Assembly: GCA_016707525.1 (NCBI GenBank)
Contig: JADJHP010000003.1
Coordinates: 140,677 to 204,676 of the forward strand
Length of the DNA stretch: 64,000 nucleotides
Direction: 5' to 3'
Source of the DNA: Ignavibacteriota bacterium
GTDB taxonomy: Bacteria; Bacteroidota; Ignavibacteria; UBA10030; UBA6906
A program made the translations under genes and the position numbers. Under the pieces are notes generated by a model. It saw nothing but the letters and a program-made list of their open reading frames with translations. It did no database searches and was not told the origin of the DNA. Numbering within the stretch: the first letter of the stretch is position 1; every line of letters begins with the position of its first letter. Below are positions 28,986-39,813 of this stretch, piece after piece.

Positions 28986-29148
28986 GGCCGGAGGGTCTAC
29001 GTCGGTTCTGCGCATGCACGGACGAGGGGCCCGCGTCATCGATCCGGATGCATCCGGCATCAGTGAGGAGAAGATCCGACATCTGCAGGACCCATCGAGA
29101 GGGGAGGAAGGTTCACGATCCATTGCCGGGATCGTCCCATTGGGGGCC

Positions 29149-29598
29149 TCAGGGCGTCGCGTACTTCTTGATGACGAGGTACTTCAACTCCGTGTCGCCC
29201 GGATTGCGGATGCCGTGAAGTGAGTCCGGCGGGCAGTAGAAGCTCGTGTACGGGCGCACGACGCGGGTCTCGCCATTCAGGATCACTTCCGCCGTGCCTT
29301 CCAGTACGAAGAAGAACTCATCCTCCGCGTGCTTGTGCGGTGCGTGCGTCGCTGCATGCGGCCCGACAACACTCATCTTCAGCGTGCGGCCATCCAGGAA
29401 CTCCTTCCCCACGAACCAGTACTGATACCCTGCCTTCGTCGACTCGATGCGTGCCGGGCTGAATTCGCTCACGCATTCGTTCAGCGTGAAATGCCTGGCC
29501 GGCGCCGAAGGTGGATGAGCGGCATCCTGCGCGTTCATGCCGACTGCAGCGACGATCATGATCACGCCTGCGTACACCACACGTCTTGGCTTCATCAT
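29149..29598 (-). CDS. secreted cupin-domain protein
   Basis: Signal MMKPRRVVYAGVIMIVAAVGMNA; cupin motifs HKHAEDEFFFVLEG..PPDSLHG; RBS AGAGGAG before the MMK start. The listed ORF extends to 29619. Confidence 0.7.
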   Translation of the reverse strand: MMKPRRVVYAGVIMIVAAVGMNAQDAAHPPSAPARHFTLNECVSEFSPARIESTKAGYQYWFVGKEFLDGRTLKMSVVGPHAATHAPHKHAEDEFFFVLEGTAEVILNGETRVVRPYTSFYCPPDSLHGIRNPGDTELKYLVIKKYATP

Positions 29599-29626
29599 CT
29601 TCTCCTCTGATCGGACCATCCGTTGT

Positions 29627-30202
29627 TCAATAGATCCCCGGGATCAATCGCTTCGTCGCCGCTTGATACACCCGGTATTCGTCGCCGAACGCACCGAGGA
29701 GTGCCTCCTCTTCCACCCTGATCCTGTACAGAAATGCTGCGGCGATCGGCACAATGATCACAAGCACGCTCAGAGAGTTCATGAAATAGACGCCAAGGCC
29801 AAAGAACGAAAGCAGGGTCCCTGCATAGGCCGGATGACGGATGACACCGTACAGCCCCGTCTTCACGATCCGGTGGTCCTTCGCAATGGCCACGTCAACA
29901 GTGAAATGTTGCTTCAGTGACATGATAGCGCACCAACGCAGCGCGATGCCCGACAGGATGAGCACCAGACCGGCAATGCCCGTTCCGGTGGCATCCGTAC
30001 CCCAATGGCCGACTCGCTGTTTGGAGAGCACGATGCCACCTGTCACTCCCACCGTGATCGCGATCCACAAGAAGCGGAGCGAAGAGCGGTCAAGGCTCTT
30101 CTCTCCCCCATCTGACCGCTTCACCTGTGAGAGGATGACCTCGGAGGAGATCCAGAGGATCGATACTGCCATGACGACGAGCGAGGTCTCCATACTGCGC
30201 AC
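29627..30202 (-). CDS. isoprenylcysteine carboxyl methyltransferase (ICMT/PEMT)-family membrane methyltransferase
   Basis: Motifs LYGVIRHPAYAG and EEEALLGAFGDEY; 4-5 TM helices. Confidence 0.75.
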   Translation of the reverse strand: MRSMETSLVVMAVSILWISSEVILSQVKRSDGGEKSLDRSSLRFLWIAITVGVTGGIVLSKQRVGHWGTDATGTGIAGLVLILSGIALRWCAIMSLKQHFTVDVAIAKDHRIVKTGLYGVIRHPAYAGTLLSFFGLGVYFMNSLSVLVIIVPIAAAFLYRIRVEEEALLGAFGDEYRVYQAATKRLIPGIY

Positions 30203-30205
30203 CTT

Positions 30206-31150
30206 TCACAAAAGACGTAGAAGGGACGGCATCGCCGCCCGGGCAGCGTCATAGCCGCACCGGATGAGAGCTGCTCCCTTGTGAAAGTCCAGCATATCGA
30301 ATTCCTCCACCGCCGGATCGATCAGCAGATCGGGGGGCGTGCGCTGAAGCTGGAGTTGGATGAGATTATGCGCGCTGATCGAGATCGCCTGCATGGACAC
30401 CCGGAACGCGGTGGGATAGTATGGACTCCTGGGGGTCCTTGACCGGACCGGGACCCTTCGCAGGGTCCGGTTGAGGCGCGGATACCGGCCGGCCTTCATC
30501 GCCTCATTGAGCCATGCCGGGACCACCCGACGCTTTCCGGGGGCATCGCGCTTCGCAATGCGCTCGCCGATCCTCGCCCGCAACCGGCTCGGATTCGGTG
30601 TGACATCGACGGCAACGGTCAGCCCGGAAGAGAGGCCGGCTGCAACGCTCACGGGCACAGGATTCGAGAGTCCTCCATCGATGAGATACCGCCCATCATT
30701 CAACACCGGCTGAAGGAGCCCGGGGATCGCGATGCTGGCAAGAATGGCCTCCACGAGCGGACCCCGATCGAACACGATGCCTTCGCCCGTCATCAGATCG
30801 GTTGCAACAGCCCTGAACGGGATCGGGAGGTCTTCGATGCGGCACGGTCCCGTCAGGCTCGCAACGAACTTCCTGACCGATGGGGCGCTGATGAGGCCGG
30901 ACGACGAAAGGCCGGGAAGGAGGATCTTCGTCACGCGGAGGGTATGCATCGACACGATCACCTCCACCATATCCAGCGCACTCATACCGGACGCGTACAA
31001 TCCCCCGACGAATGCACCGATGCTCGTCCCCGCGACGGCGCGGACGGGAACACCATACTCCTGGAGGCACTTGAGCACCCCGATGTGAGCCAACCCGCGT
31101 GCGCCTCCGCTGCCGAGGACCAGAGTGATCCCTCCATCAGATGCAGGCAT
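30206..31150 (-). CDS. patatin-like phospholipase
   Basis: GSGGARG oxyanion motif; GTSIG nucleophile elbow; DGG. Confidence 0.8.
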   Translation of the reverse strand: MPASDGGITLVLGSGGARGLAHIGVLKCLQEYGVPVRAVAGTSIGAFVGGLYASGMSALDMVEVIVSMHTLRVTKILLPGLSSSGLISAPSVRKFVASLTGPCRIEDLPIPFRAVATDLMTGEGIVFDRGPLVEAILASIAIPGLLQPVLNDGRYLIDGGLSNPVPVSVAAGLSSGLTVAVDVTPNPSRLRARIGERIAKRDAPGKRRVVPAWLNEAMKAGRYPRLNRTLRRVPVRSRTPRSPYYPTAFRVSMQAISISAHNLIQLQLQRTPPDLLIDPAVEEFDMLDFHKGAALIRCGYDAARAAMPSLLRLL

Positions 31151-31221
31151 GGTCTGCGATCGGTGTACTGATTTTCATGATTTTTTTCATCATCTTGATG
31201 CGTTGACCATCATACTCGGAG

Positions 31222-32154
31222 ATGTCCATGAGACCCGCTGTCCTTTTCCTCGTCCTCGCCAACTTTTTCGCCGGATCGGCGTACTCTCAACCGCAATTGC
31301 TGAAGGTGTGGCCCGAAGGGGTCCCCGGTGCGGTCCACCACCCGCAATATACAGAGGAAACCATTAAGATAGAAACAGGGGCCGAGCGGACCCTGAGGAT
31401 CGCGGACCCCACCATCGCGGTCTACATCCCCGAGAAAACAAAAGCGAACGGAACCGCTGTTGTTGTGTGCCCTGGCGGAGGGTATATCCGGCTCGCCATG
31501 GACCATGAGGGGACCCAGATCGCTGCCTGGCTCAACGATGCCGGGATCACGTGCATCCTGCTCAAATACCGCGTCCCGAGCGATTCAGCGATGGTGGACA
31601 AGACCGTCGGGCCGCTGCAGGATGTGCAAGAAGCCATCCGGATAACGCGGCGTCATGCTTCCGCATGGCATCTGGATCCGCACCGCATCGGGGTAATGGG
31701 ATTCTCCGCCGGGGGCCATCTTGCGGCAAGTGCTTCTACCCGCTTCGCAGAGAAGGTGTACGCGTCGGACACCACCAGCGCACGCCCCGACTTCTCGATC
31801 CTGATGTATCCGGTCATTTCCATGCAGACCGGGGTGACCCACAACGGCTCGCGGAGGAATCTCCTCGGGAATGATCCGGACCAACAGCTGGTCGACCGCT
31901 CTTCGAACGAACTGCGCGTAACGCCGGAAACGCCGATCGCCTTCGTGGTCCATTCCACCGATGACGGTGTCGTCATCCTTGAGAACAGCCTGCGGTACAT
32001 TCAGGCTCTGAAGAAGAACAACGTCCCGGCAGAGCTGCATGTCTTCGAGCGCGGCGGCCACGGCTACGGACTCGCGACAACGCGAACGACCACGGAGCGT
32101 GGCTGGCCACCGCTCTGCATTGCCTGGCTCCGCATGCACGGCATGCTCGAGTAA
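31222..32154 (+). CDS. secreted alpha/beta-hydrolase esterase (carbohydrate-esterase/lipase-like)
   Basis: Signal MSMRPAVLFLVLANFFAGSAYS; VVCPGGGY and GFSAGGHLA (GxSxG); HGY near the C-terminus. Confidence 0.75.
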   Translation: MSMRPAVLFLVLANFFAGSAYSQPQLLKVWPEGVPGAVHHPQYTEETIKIETGAERTLRIADPTIAVYIPEKTKANGTAVVVCPGGGYIRLAMDHEGTQIAAWLNDAGITCILLKYRVPSDSAMVDKTVGPLQDVQEAIRITRRHASAWHLDPHRIGVMGFSAGGHLAASASTRFAEKVYASDTTSARPDFSILMYPVISMQTGVTHNGSRRNLLGNDPDQQLVDRSSNELRVTPETPIAFVVHSTDDGVVILENSLRYIQALKKNNVPAELHVFERGGHGYGLATTRTTTERGWPPLCIAWLRMHGMLE

Positions 32155-32337
32155 CCCGCCTCAGCTCCGCGCCGGACGCTCTGCGGAGCACGGGGTACCG
32201 GCATGCCCCCCGATGGAATGAGTTCCCCGCAACGGCATCTCATCGGGACGTCACAGAATGACGCGAGGCCCGTCCCTTCATTGGGCGACGGGCCTCGGCG
32301 GTCCTGGCACTGGCAGCTCTTCGCAGAGCTGTGCCCC

Positions 32338-33312
32338 TTATCCTTCCTTCCTCCATACGATCTGCTTGACCTCGTTCCGCACCGGCGTCACAGTCTTGAG
32401 ATACCGGTAGAGAGCCTTCAGTTCGAGGTCGCTCATGTTTCCATACGCACCCCAGGGCATCACCGTCCCCTCCTCCAGAGATCCTGCCCGGAACCGCAGA
32501 ATGAACGACTCCTCATCCCATAGCGCCATCTTCCCCGTCGCTTCGTCAGGCGTGATATTGGGGGTGGTGAACATCAGGCCCGGAACGAGGTCCGACCCCA
32601 TCTCAAGTCCTCCGGCGAACGGCTTACCGATGAACGCGCCCGTCTTCATATCACGGTCCGTATGACATCCGACACAGTTGGCGACAGAATGAGCGAGGTA
32701 TTTGCCGTAGGCAGCAGTGGAGTCGGGAGGTACGGTAGCCGGCGGCGTGCCGTCCGGGCCGACCGGCCTGATGAGGAACGCGTTGACCGCCTTGCCGGCG
32801 AAATTGATATCGCGCCGTTCTACAGTGTTCTTCACCGGCGGGAGCGTCCGCAGATACGACACAATGGCTGTCAGGTCCTCATCGCTGAGGTTATGGAATG
32901 GCATGAAATCAAAGAGCGCATGGCCCTCACGATCCACGCCGAACCGGAGTGACCGGGCGATCTCTCCGTCGCTGAATGCACCGATGCCTGTCTCCCGGTC
33001 CGATGTGATATTCGGCGTGCGGATGATCCCGAACGGCAGGGTGAACGCGTTGCCACCCTTCAGATCGATGGTCTCACCTGCCATGATCCTGGGGAGCTCG
33101 TCCCACGATCCATGACAGAAATTGCAGTGAGCAGGTCCATACACAAGGTGACGGCCACGGGCGATCACCACACTATCGTTGCTTGCCACGATCTGCGGAT
33201 ACGGCGCTTCATAGGTGCGGTATTGCAGCGCGTACACGGCCACCACGAACAACGCGGCCACCGAGCCAACGCTTATCCCTGTCCACTTTACGTACGATTT
33301 CCAACGCTTCAT
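32338..33312 (-). CDS. membrane-anchored dihaem c-type cytochrome
   Basis: One N-terminal TM helix; two haem sites CNFCH and CVGCH. Confidence 0.75.
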   Translation of the reverse strand: MKRWKSYVKWTGISVGSVAALFVVAVYALQYRTYEAPYPQIVASNDSVVIARGRHLVYGPAHCNFCHGSWDELPRIMAGETIDLKGGNAFTLPFGIIRTPNITSDRETGIGAFSDGEIARSLRFGVDREGHALFDFMPFHNLSDEDLTAIVSYLRTLPPVKNTVERRDINFAGKAVNAFLIRPVGPDGTPPATVPPDSTAAYGKYLAHSVANCVGCHTDRDMKTGAFIGKPFAGGLEMGSDLVPGLMFTTPNITPDEATGKMALWDEESFILRFRAGSLEEGTVMPWGAYGNMSDLELKALYRYLKTVTPVRNEVKQIVWRKEG

Positions 33313-33450
33313 CTGCCTGCCCTCCCGGGATAGTGTATGTATGAAGGCCGCCCCCAGAGAAGAGCCCGGCCTGATGTGAAAGAACGATCGACGCGTTGCA
33401 CGCGTGTCCTACCTTACGACCGACACGCCCATTTTGTTGCACCTGGAAAG

Positions 33451-33481
33451 ACGGGGGGGCGGTTCCGGACTCGGAACCGCC
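33451..33481. terminator. terminator-like hairpin downstream of the large GH38 gene
   Basis: GGGGGCGGTTCC-GGACTC-GGAACCGCCCCC, perfect 12-bp stem. The minus strand reads CGUCUUUCC after it. Confidence 0.5.
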
Positions 33482-33535
33482 CCCACTCCGTTAACGCAAA
33501 ACTCCTGCAGAAGGTCTCCCGGCAGGGATCCCGTC

Positions 33536-36500
33536 CTACTCTATGATGATCTCATCGGCAAAGATCCAGGCCTTGCCCCCTGCGCCGGGATGCCACGGCG
33601 GACAGGAACCGATATTCTTTGCGGTGATCCGGACATATCGTCCTTGCACGCCGCCGACCTGCACGGGGATATCCTGGATACCGCCGTCGGTCGCTGCGGC
33701 CGGCACGCCAAGCTCACGCGTTACTTCCTTGCCATAGGTCGTTCCGTCCGTCGACACAGCCACGGAGATCGACACCGGATAGAAGATCCAACTGCCGTTC
33801 TCGCTCAGGCAGCCGACGGTGACGGCGTGGACCGGCCGGACGGTGCCGAGGTCGAGGACGACCGCAATGTCTTCGCCTTCGAAGGCTTGCCACGCCGCGT
33901 TCGCATACGCCGGACTGCCCCGCATGCCATCGATGAACGTGCTATCCCCGGCCCCGCGGTACTTCGGCGAGTAGTGCGACTGGTATGCTGCACTGACGAT
34001 GGGATAGGCAGTGTAGAACTTCGTCGTCACCGGGGTACTCGGGTTCTTCCCTCGTGCAACAGCGATCGCACTCACCGTGGTCGTCCGCTCGATGCGTACC
34101 GGGGCGGTGTACATTGTGGACCGCTCTGTCGGGACCGTGCCATCGACCGTATAATAGATATCCGTGTTCGCATCGCGCGCAGCGATGCTGATCTGCGCAC
34201 CCGCATCCACGATGCAACCTTCCGGAGAGAAGTGTGGCTTTGGCGTCATCTGGAACCGGGCATACTCCTCTGCCGGGATGTTCAACGTGTCATGGAGCGC
34301 CGCCGCGGGAACGGTCGCGTCATTCTCGTTCTGTGCCACCGTGGCCGCAAGCACCATGATGCTCTCGCTGCCGGGTAACGTCACTGTGCGGGCACCGCGC
34401 GGAAGATCGATCGATACCCTGTACAGATACGTGAAGGCGTACGGGTCGTCCTCGCCGCCGGCGAGATGGCGGTGCGTGGTGTGCAAGGCAACCGTGCCCG
34501 GCGTGATGTACCCGGGATTCAGCCCCTCGTACACGATGCCATCCCACGTGTAGTCCGTTTCCTTCTTGACGAAACCATCCCAGATACGATTGTCCCACTG
34601 GCCGATGAAGCCACTCCAGCCACCAACGTTCACCCGGACAGGCTTGCCGTCCACGAGGAACGACGCTGCCTCTCCGCCTTTCGACGACGCTGCAAGGAGA
34701 TACAATCTGTTGAACTCGCCTGCAGGAATATCGAGTGACTGTCCACGGCACACAACGGCGTTCGGCACGTCCGGTTTGTTGGACCCGAGCGTGAACGCGA
34801 TCCCGCCGCTGATGACCTTGCCGGGCATCAGCTCCGCGGGGAACGATGCGCCCGATCGTCCGACCTGACCATCATCCTTCTTCCCCTTCACGCTCATGAC
34901 ATCCGCATTGTACGGCAACGCAAGAGAACGCGACACGGGCAGCGAGAGTCCGGCTTTGGGCTGCTTGAGCGACACCGCAAACGCCCGCAGTTGATCCGCC
35001 CCCAGATCGCACACGAGCGCCCCGCGTTCCACCCGCGCCTCGCCGAGTGGCTGCTCCTGTCCGTTCACTTCGCGGGCACTCGCGACCCCCGACGGGAATG
35101 TGACGCGCACATTCTTCGCAGGCTTGCCCGTGGTCTCGAGCAGGCGGACGATGATCGCCTCCTCGTCTTCTGCTTTCTTCAGGGCAACAACCGCGACGGC
35201 GGGATCATTCGTGCTGAGGAACGCCATCGTTTTGCCCAGCGGCCCCTTGTGCCGCGGCGCCTGGAATGGAAGCAACGGCTGATTCAACCGGGCCGCCTGC
35301 CATTGGGTTGCCCCCGTACGCCAATCGCCCTGATGGCCGGCAACGGCATACACCATGTCGTGGATGCCGAAGTCCTGTGTCGCCTGGTCCCGGTATCCAC
35401 CGCGGACTCCCGGCGTAAAAAGGAGGGTCAGCCGCACGGTAGTGTCCGATGGCTTGTCCGAACCGAACTTCGAATCTTCCAGGATGGAGACCCCGTAGTC
35501 ACCGCTCTTGTCCGTGAGATCGAACCATTGGTGCGACGGTACTTCGAATTTCTTCGGGTCGTTGTTCCCACGCTGGATCGCACCCACACCGGTGTTGTAT
35601 GTGGCAAGCGGGTTCGAAGCGGTCAGCGGGAACGCCGCCTTCAACGAACTCGTAGGTGTGAACCAGTGGATGCGGGTCTTGAACTCCACCCGGTCGCCGC
35701 TGCCACCGGTGGTCAGGCGGATCTGCTGGGTGAACCGTGACCCGCGCGATTCTCGCGCGACCTCAAGGCCCACACGGACCGGACCGTCCTCAACGATGCG
35801 TACCGTAGGCGTGCCGTCGACATACCCCACGGCAGGTTTCTGCCGGTCTTCCCAATCCATATTCCACGCCGGCCATTCCTGCGGGCGTTCATACCGGAAC
35901 TCCAACCGGTGCGGGGCAGCGAGCAACTCCTTGCCGAGTTTCTTGTCGTAGATCGATGCAACATCGCCGGCGGCATTCAGGGTGACCTTGTAGCGGCGGT
36001 TCTCGACCGAGCCCACCTTCACGCTCAACCCCGTTTGCATCGCGCAGGGAGTGGCCGAAGGACGCACTTCATACACACTGAATCCGATGGAGGGGATGCG
36101 GGCAGCGAAGACGATCGTGCGGTTCGCGCCGGTGGTTGCGAGAGTCTGCGATGGCACCTCTTTGGCATCGGGGCCGTACACACGCACGTGCGCCGGTGAA
36201 CCTGCCGGAACAGCAATGGTCGCCTCGACGATATCTTCGCGCGGGATCGAAAGCGCGTTGAACACCACCACCGGGATGCCGGTCGTCTGTGTATCCATGC
36301 CACGGGATACTGCGCCGACGGCATCGATCGTCCCTGCGGCGAAATGCTTGAGCGCGAGGACCTCATCGTTCCATGAGAATTCATATGCGCGGGGCGTGCA
36401 GGTGCCGGCGAGCACGTCGTGGAATTGCGCACCAACCACAAGCCGCCACGCTTCCCGGAATTGCTCCGCGGGATACGCCACACCACCCAGCCAGTCGGCC

Positions 36501-37543
36501 ACCACCGAGGATGCCTCAGCAGCACTCGCCAGCAGTTCATTCTTCCGGTTCCACCGCTTCAGGTACGACTGCGACGTGAGCGATCCAGCGGAGTGGTTCG
36601 TCAGAAGGAGCTCGCCCTTGTATCGCGGCAGGTGGGCCTTCGTCGTCGCACCGACGTCATCGAAGAAGCGTGATGCGGGGGCGGAGAGGACGCGGACCGG
36701 GCCCGGACCCGCGATGCTCTTCTCCACCCACTGCACCGTCTCTTCTCCCGGTGCCCCGCCGATGTCACCGGTGCCGAAATACATATAGTCCGCCACGATC
36801 CCGGACCTGACACCGTTCTCACGCAGCCGCGTGCGCCACGTCGGGCTCGTGCTCAGATTTTCCTTCACCGTGCCGACATATTCTCCCGGATTCAATGACG
36901 TGATGACCGTCGATCCATCCGTTCCTTCCCACAGACCGAAGTTGAAAGGGACACCCACGGCGGAGCCCCAGGTGAGTTTCTGGGTCGAGAAGCCTTTCAA
37001 TCCGGCGTGGGTGAAGATGGAAGGCATCGAAGCCGGGAACCCGAAACAGTCGGGCACCATGTATTCGTTGCTCACCTTGCCGAATTCCTGGCGGAAGAAC
37101 CTGTTACCGTAGAGGATATTCCTGATGAGCGACTCTGCTGACGGGACCAACGCATCGGCTTCCTCGAGGGATGACCCGGCGGGGAACCACCTCCCGGCCG
37201 CGACGTAGGCTTTCACCCGTGCATATTCGGCCGGATAGTATTCCTTCATCATGATGTACCGGTTCGCGCCGGTGAAATTGAAGGTGTAGCCGGGATACTT
37301 GTCCAGCAGCCGGAAGTTGTCCACCATCGTCGAAAGGATGTACTTCCGGATGGTCGTCTCGTAATCCCAACGCCATTGGGTATCGAGATGGCTGTAGCCC
37401 ATCGTATAGAGAGTGGTGTCCCTGGTCAGGTCACCCGGGGCAGCGCCGATCGATCCGGCCGCGCCGGAAGACTGGGCAAGCAGGGATGTGCAGCTCATCA
37501 ACAGGAGCAGGAGAAGGCGCGGGAGCAGGTGCAGATGGTTCAT
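33536..37543 (-). CDS. GH38-family alpha-mannosidase (1335 aa) with C-terminal F5/8-type-C (discoidin/CBM32-like) domain
   Basis: Signal MNHLHLLPRLLLLLLMSCTSLLAQ (start re-picked at ATG 37543). GH38 motifs GYSHLDTQWRW, AAGRWFPAGSSLEEAD, EFGKVSNEYMVPDCFGFPASMPSI. C-terminus GRYVRITAKNIG..PWHPGAGGKAWIFADEIIIE. Confidence 0.8.
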   Translation of the reverse strand: MNHLHLLPRLLLLLLMSCTSLLAQSSGAAGSIGAAPGDLTRDTTLYTMGYSHLDTQWRWDYETTIRKYILSTMVDNFRLLDKYPGYTFNFTGANRYIMMKEYYPAEYARVKAYVAAGRWFPAGSSLEEADALVPSAESLIRNILYGNRFFRQEFGKVSNEYMVPDCFGFPASMPSIFTHAGLKGFSTQKLTWGSAVGVPFNFGLWEGTDGSTVITSLNPGEYVGTVKENLSTSPTWRTRLRENGVRSGIVADYMYFGTGDIGGAPGEETVQWVEKSIAGPGPVRVLSAPASRFFDDVGATTKAHLPRYKGELLLTNHSAGSLTSQSYLKRWNRKNELLASAAEASSVVADWLGGVAYPAEQFREAWRLVVGAQFHDVLAGTCTPRAYEFSWNDEVLALKHFAAGTIDAVGAVSRGMDTQTTGIPVVVFNALSIPREDIVEATIAVPAGSPAHVRVYGPDAKEVPSQTLATTGANRTIVFAARIPSIGFSVYEVRPSATPCAMQTGLSVKVGSVENRRYKVTLNAAGDVASIYDKKLGKELLAAPHRLEFRYERPQEWPAWNMDWEDRQKPAVGYVDGTPTVRIVEDGPVRVGLEVARESRGSRFTQQIRLTTGGSGDRVEFKTRIHWFTPTSSLKAAFPLTASNPLATYNTGVGAIQRGNNDPKKFEVPSHQWFDLTDKSGDYGVSILEDSKFGSDKPSDTTVRLTLLFTPGVRGGYRDQATQDFGIHDMVYAVAGHQGDWRTGATQWQAARLNQPLLPFQAPRHKGPLGKTMAFLSTNDPAVAVVALKKAEDEEAIIVRLLETTGKPAKNVRVTFPSGVASAREVNGQEQPLGEARVERGALVCDLGADQLRAFAVSLKQPKAGLSLPVSRSLALPYNADVMSVKGKKDDGQVGRSGASFPAELMPGKVISGGIAFTLGSNKPDVPNAVVCRGQSLDIPAGEFNRLYLLAASSKGGEAASFLVDGKPVRVNVGGWSGFIGQWDNRIWDGFVKKETDYTWDGIVYEGLNPGYITPGTVALHTTHRHLAGGEDDPYAFTYLYRVSIDLPRGARTVTLPGSESIMVLAATVAQNENDATVPAAALHDTLNIPAEEYARFQMTPKPHFSPEGCIVDAGAQISIAARDANTDIYYTVDGTVPTERSTMYTAPVRIERTTTVSAIAVARGKNPSTPVTTKFYTAYPIVSAAYQSHYSPKYRGAGDSTFIDGMRGSPAYANAAWQAFEGEDIAVVLDLGTVRPVHAVTVGCLSENGSWIFYPVSISVAVSTDGTTYGKEVTRELGVPAAATDGGIQDIPVQVGGVQGRYVRITAKNIGSCPPWHPGAGGKAWIFADEIIIE

Positions 37544-37857
37544 AGGTCTCGCTTGATATGGTGGATCCGGCTTGCCGGGATCGGTCTCTGTCGTTTCAGG
37601 GAGACGCGACGGGAGGGGGACGGACCGTTCCGGACGTTCAATGTACCAATGTGGAGAGTATGATTCAATGGCTGGCGTTTCATTCAGGAAAGACGCGCGC
37701 ATTCGACATTCTCACGATTGTGGCGTATCTTGGAAGGGTGACGGTCCAGCGTTCAGGGTAAGCAGGTGGCGGCCGGGACGCGATCATAGAACGATCGGCC
37801 TGCCGATATCCCGGACCGAAGCAGAAATTTTCCACAAACCGCAGGGACAGCGAACGG

Positions 37858-38766
37858 ATGACATCAACCCGGCCAGCAACAGGTTCGCCTGTGCGTTTCG
37901 CATGGTTGTCCATCGGCGCAGCCATCACGACGATCACGCTCAAATCGATCGCCTACCTGCTTACAGGCTCGGTCGGCCTTTTGTCGGATACGCTGGAATC
38001 GTTCGTCAATCTTGCCGGTGCGGTGATCGCTCTTGCGATGCTGACCGTAGCATCGCGCCCCGCCGATGCGGACCACGCCTTCGGTCATAGCAAGGCGGAA
38101 TATTTTTCGAGTGGCGCCGAGGGCGTACTGATACTGGTCGCAGCGGCGAGCATTGCAGCAACAGCCATCCCCCGTCTCCTCGCGCCGCAACCCATCGAGC
38201 AGGTCTGGATCGGGCTCGCCGTGTCCGTTGTCGCGTCGGTGGTGAACCTCGTTGTTTCGCGGTCGCTCCTTCAGGCGTCAAAGCGCTTCCACTCCATCAC
38301 CCTCGAAGCGGATGCCCATCACTTGATGACCGACGTCTGGACCTCGGGAGGTGTTCTGGTAGGGGTTTCCGCCGTGGTCCTGACAGGATGGAACATCCTG
38401 GATCCGATCATCGCTCTGATCGTGGCCGCCAACATCGTTTGGACTGGCGTGAAGATCGTTCGTGCTTCGGTGGTGGGACTGATGGATTCTGCGATCGGCC
38501 CGGAGGACCAGGCTGCGCTCCGCGCGGTCCTGGATTCCTACGCGCCGCGCGGGGCCGTGTATAGTGCGCTCCGCACCAGACAGTCCGGCGCCGAACAATT
38601 CATCGCGTTCAATGTGCGCCTGCCGGGCGACTGGACGGTCACCCGGGGCCACGACCTGGTGGTCGAGATCGAACGTGACCTCTGCCGGGCGCTTCCGAAA
38701 GCCACTGTGATCGTGCACATGGAACCCGGGCCACAGCCGACAGTCACCCGGCCTAGTGCAGGATGA
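37858..38766 (+). CDS. cation diffusion facilitator (CzcD-like) metal efflux transporter
   Basis: LSDTLESFVNLAG, HAFGHSKAEYF, HHLMTDVW; six TM helices plus C-terminal cytoplasmic domain. Confidence 0.85.
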   Translation: MTSTRPATGSPVRFAWLSIGAAITTITLKSIAYLLTGSVGLLSDTLESFVNLAGAVIALAMLTVASRPADADHAFGHSKAEYFSSGAEGVLILVAAASIAATAIPRLLAPQPIEQVWIGLAVSVVASVVNLVVSRSLLQASKRFHSITLEADAHHLMTDVWTSGGVLVGVSAVVLTGWNILDPIIALIVAANIVWTGVKIVRASVVGLMDSAIGPEDQAALRAVLDSYAPRGAVYSALRTRQSGAEQFIAFNVRLPGDWTVTRGHDLVVEIERDLCRALPKATVIVHMEPGPQPTVTRPSAG

Positions 38767-39688
38767 GATCCGCCACGACCGGCAGATGATCAGAAATGTA
38801 GCCCGGTTCCCGCCGTGCATCGAGGATTGCATGCCGGCGGACCTGCGCAGCATCATTCACGAAGATGAAATCGATACGTTCCCGCGGAATGTCCGAAACG
38901 AACGGAAAACCCGTGTAGCTCACCCGGTGGCCGGCATGCGGAACAAGTGCATGGTGCATCGCATCATTGAAGAATGGCGGGAGCCCCAGCCGCGAGACGA
39001 GGATCCGGTAGCACGAGTCCTTCTCCCCGGCATTGAAATCCCCGGTCAGCACGAACGCTGATGTGCCGGCAATGGCCCGGACCTTCTCACGGATCAGCCC
39101 GGCACTCTGTTCCCGCGCCACCACGCCCTGATGGTCGAAGTGGGTGTTGAAGACGAAGACGTCGGCCCGCGCGAGTGAATCGTACAGTCTGACCCAGGTA
39201 ACGATCCGCGGCAGTGCGGCATCCCATCCTTTGGATGGCACCTCCGGCGTGGGCGACAACCAGAACGTGCCGGCATCTCCGCATGTGAATCGGGACGTCC
39301 GGAAGTAGATCGCCGCATATTCTCCCTGCTCCTTGCCGTCATCCCTCCCGACACCCCGGACATCGAATCCGGTCAGGCCGTCCCTCAGGTAACCGACCTG
39401 ATGCTTGAGTCCCTCCTGGATGCACAGCACATCGAGGCGTTGAGATATGACAGCGGAGAGGAGTTCCTCTCTGCGCAGGGGCCAGGCGTGGACGCCATCA
39501 GCGGGGTTATCGTACCGGATGTTCCACGTCATCACCCGCAACGGCGCGGCAGTATGTTGCGCCAGGGGCGTGGAGAGAGAGGCAAGAACCAGGAAAGACA
39601 ACAGCAGTGGCCGGGATCGCAAGACATTCCTCCATGGAAGGGTCAACGGGTCAAGGAATAAACTATCCAATCTCCACGCGACAGTCAA
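38753..39688 (-). CDS. secreted endonuclease/exonuclease/phosphatase (EEP)-family protein
   Basis: LRVMTWNIRYDN, FNTHFDH, TGDFN, SDHLPV. Probable TTG start. 14-bp convergent overlap with the CDF gene. Confidence 0.7.
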   Translation of the reverse strand: MTVAWRLDSLFLDPLTLPWRNVLRSRPLLLSFLVLASLSTPLAQHTAAPLRVMTWNIRYDNPADGVHAWPLRREELLSAVISQRLDVLCIQEGLKHQVGYLRDGLTGFDVRGVGRDDGKEQGEYAAIYFRTSRFTCGDAGTFWLSPTPEVPSKGWDAALPRIVTWVRLYDSLARADVFVFNTHFDHQGVVAREQSAGLIREKVRAIAGTSAFVLTGDFNAGEKDSCYRILVSRLGLPPFFNDAMHHALVPHAGHRVSYTGFPFVSDIPRERIDFIFVNDAAQVRRHAILDARREPGYISDHLPVVADLILH

Positions 39689-39813
39689 GGTGTCGAGAGC
39701 CAGGCTAAATATGAACCATACGGCCCCGGAATTGACGATACGAGTGTAGTTTCAGCACATCCCATTGTCGCCCTTCTTGTAACCTTGGTCCTGTTCATGG
39801 ATATTGTATCCGT

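Noticed and set aside
28986-29148. 14-bp palindrome CCGGATGCATCCGG between the convergent DHFR-3 and cupin genes
   Set aside because: Too short and not followed by a U-run; possibly a weak bidirectional terminator but not well enough supported to call.
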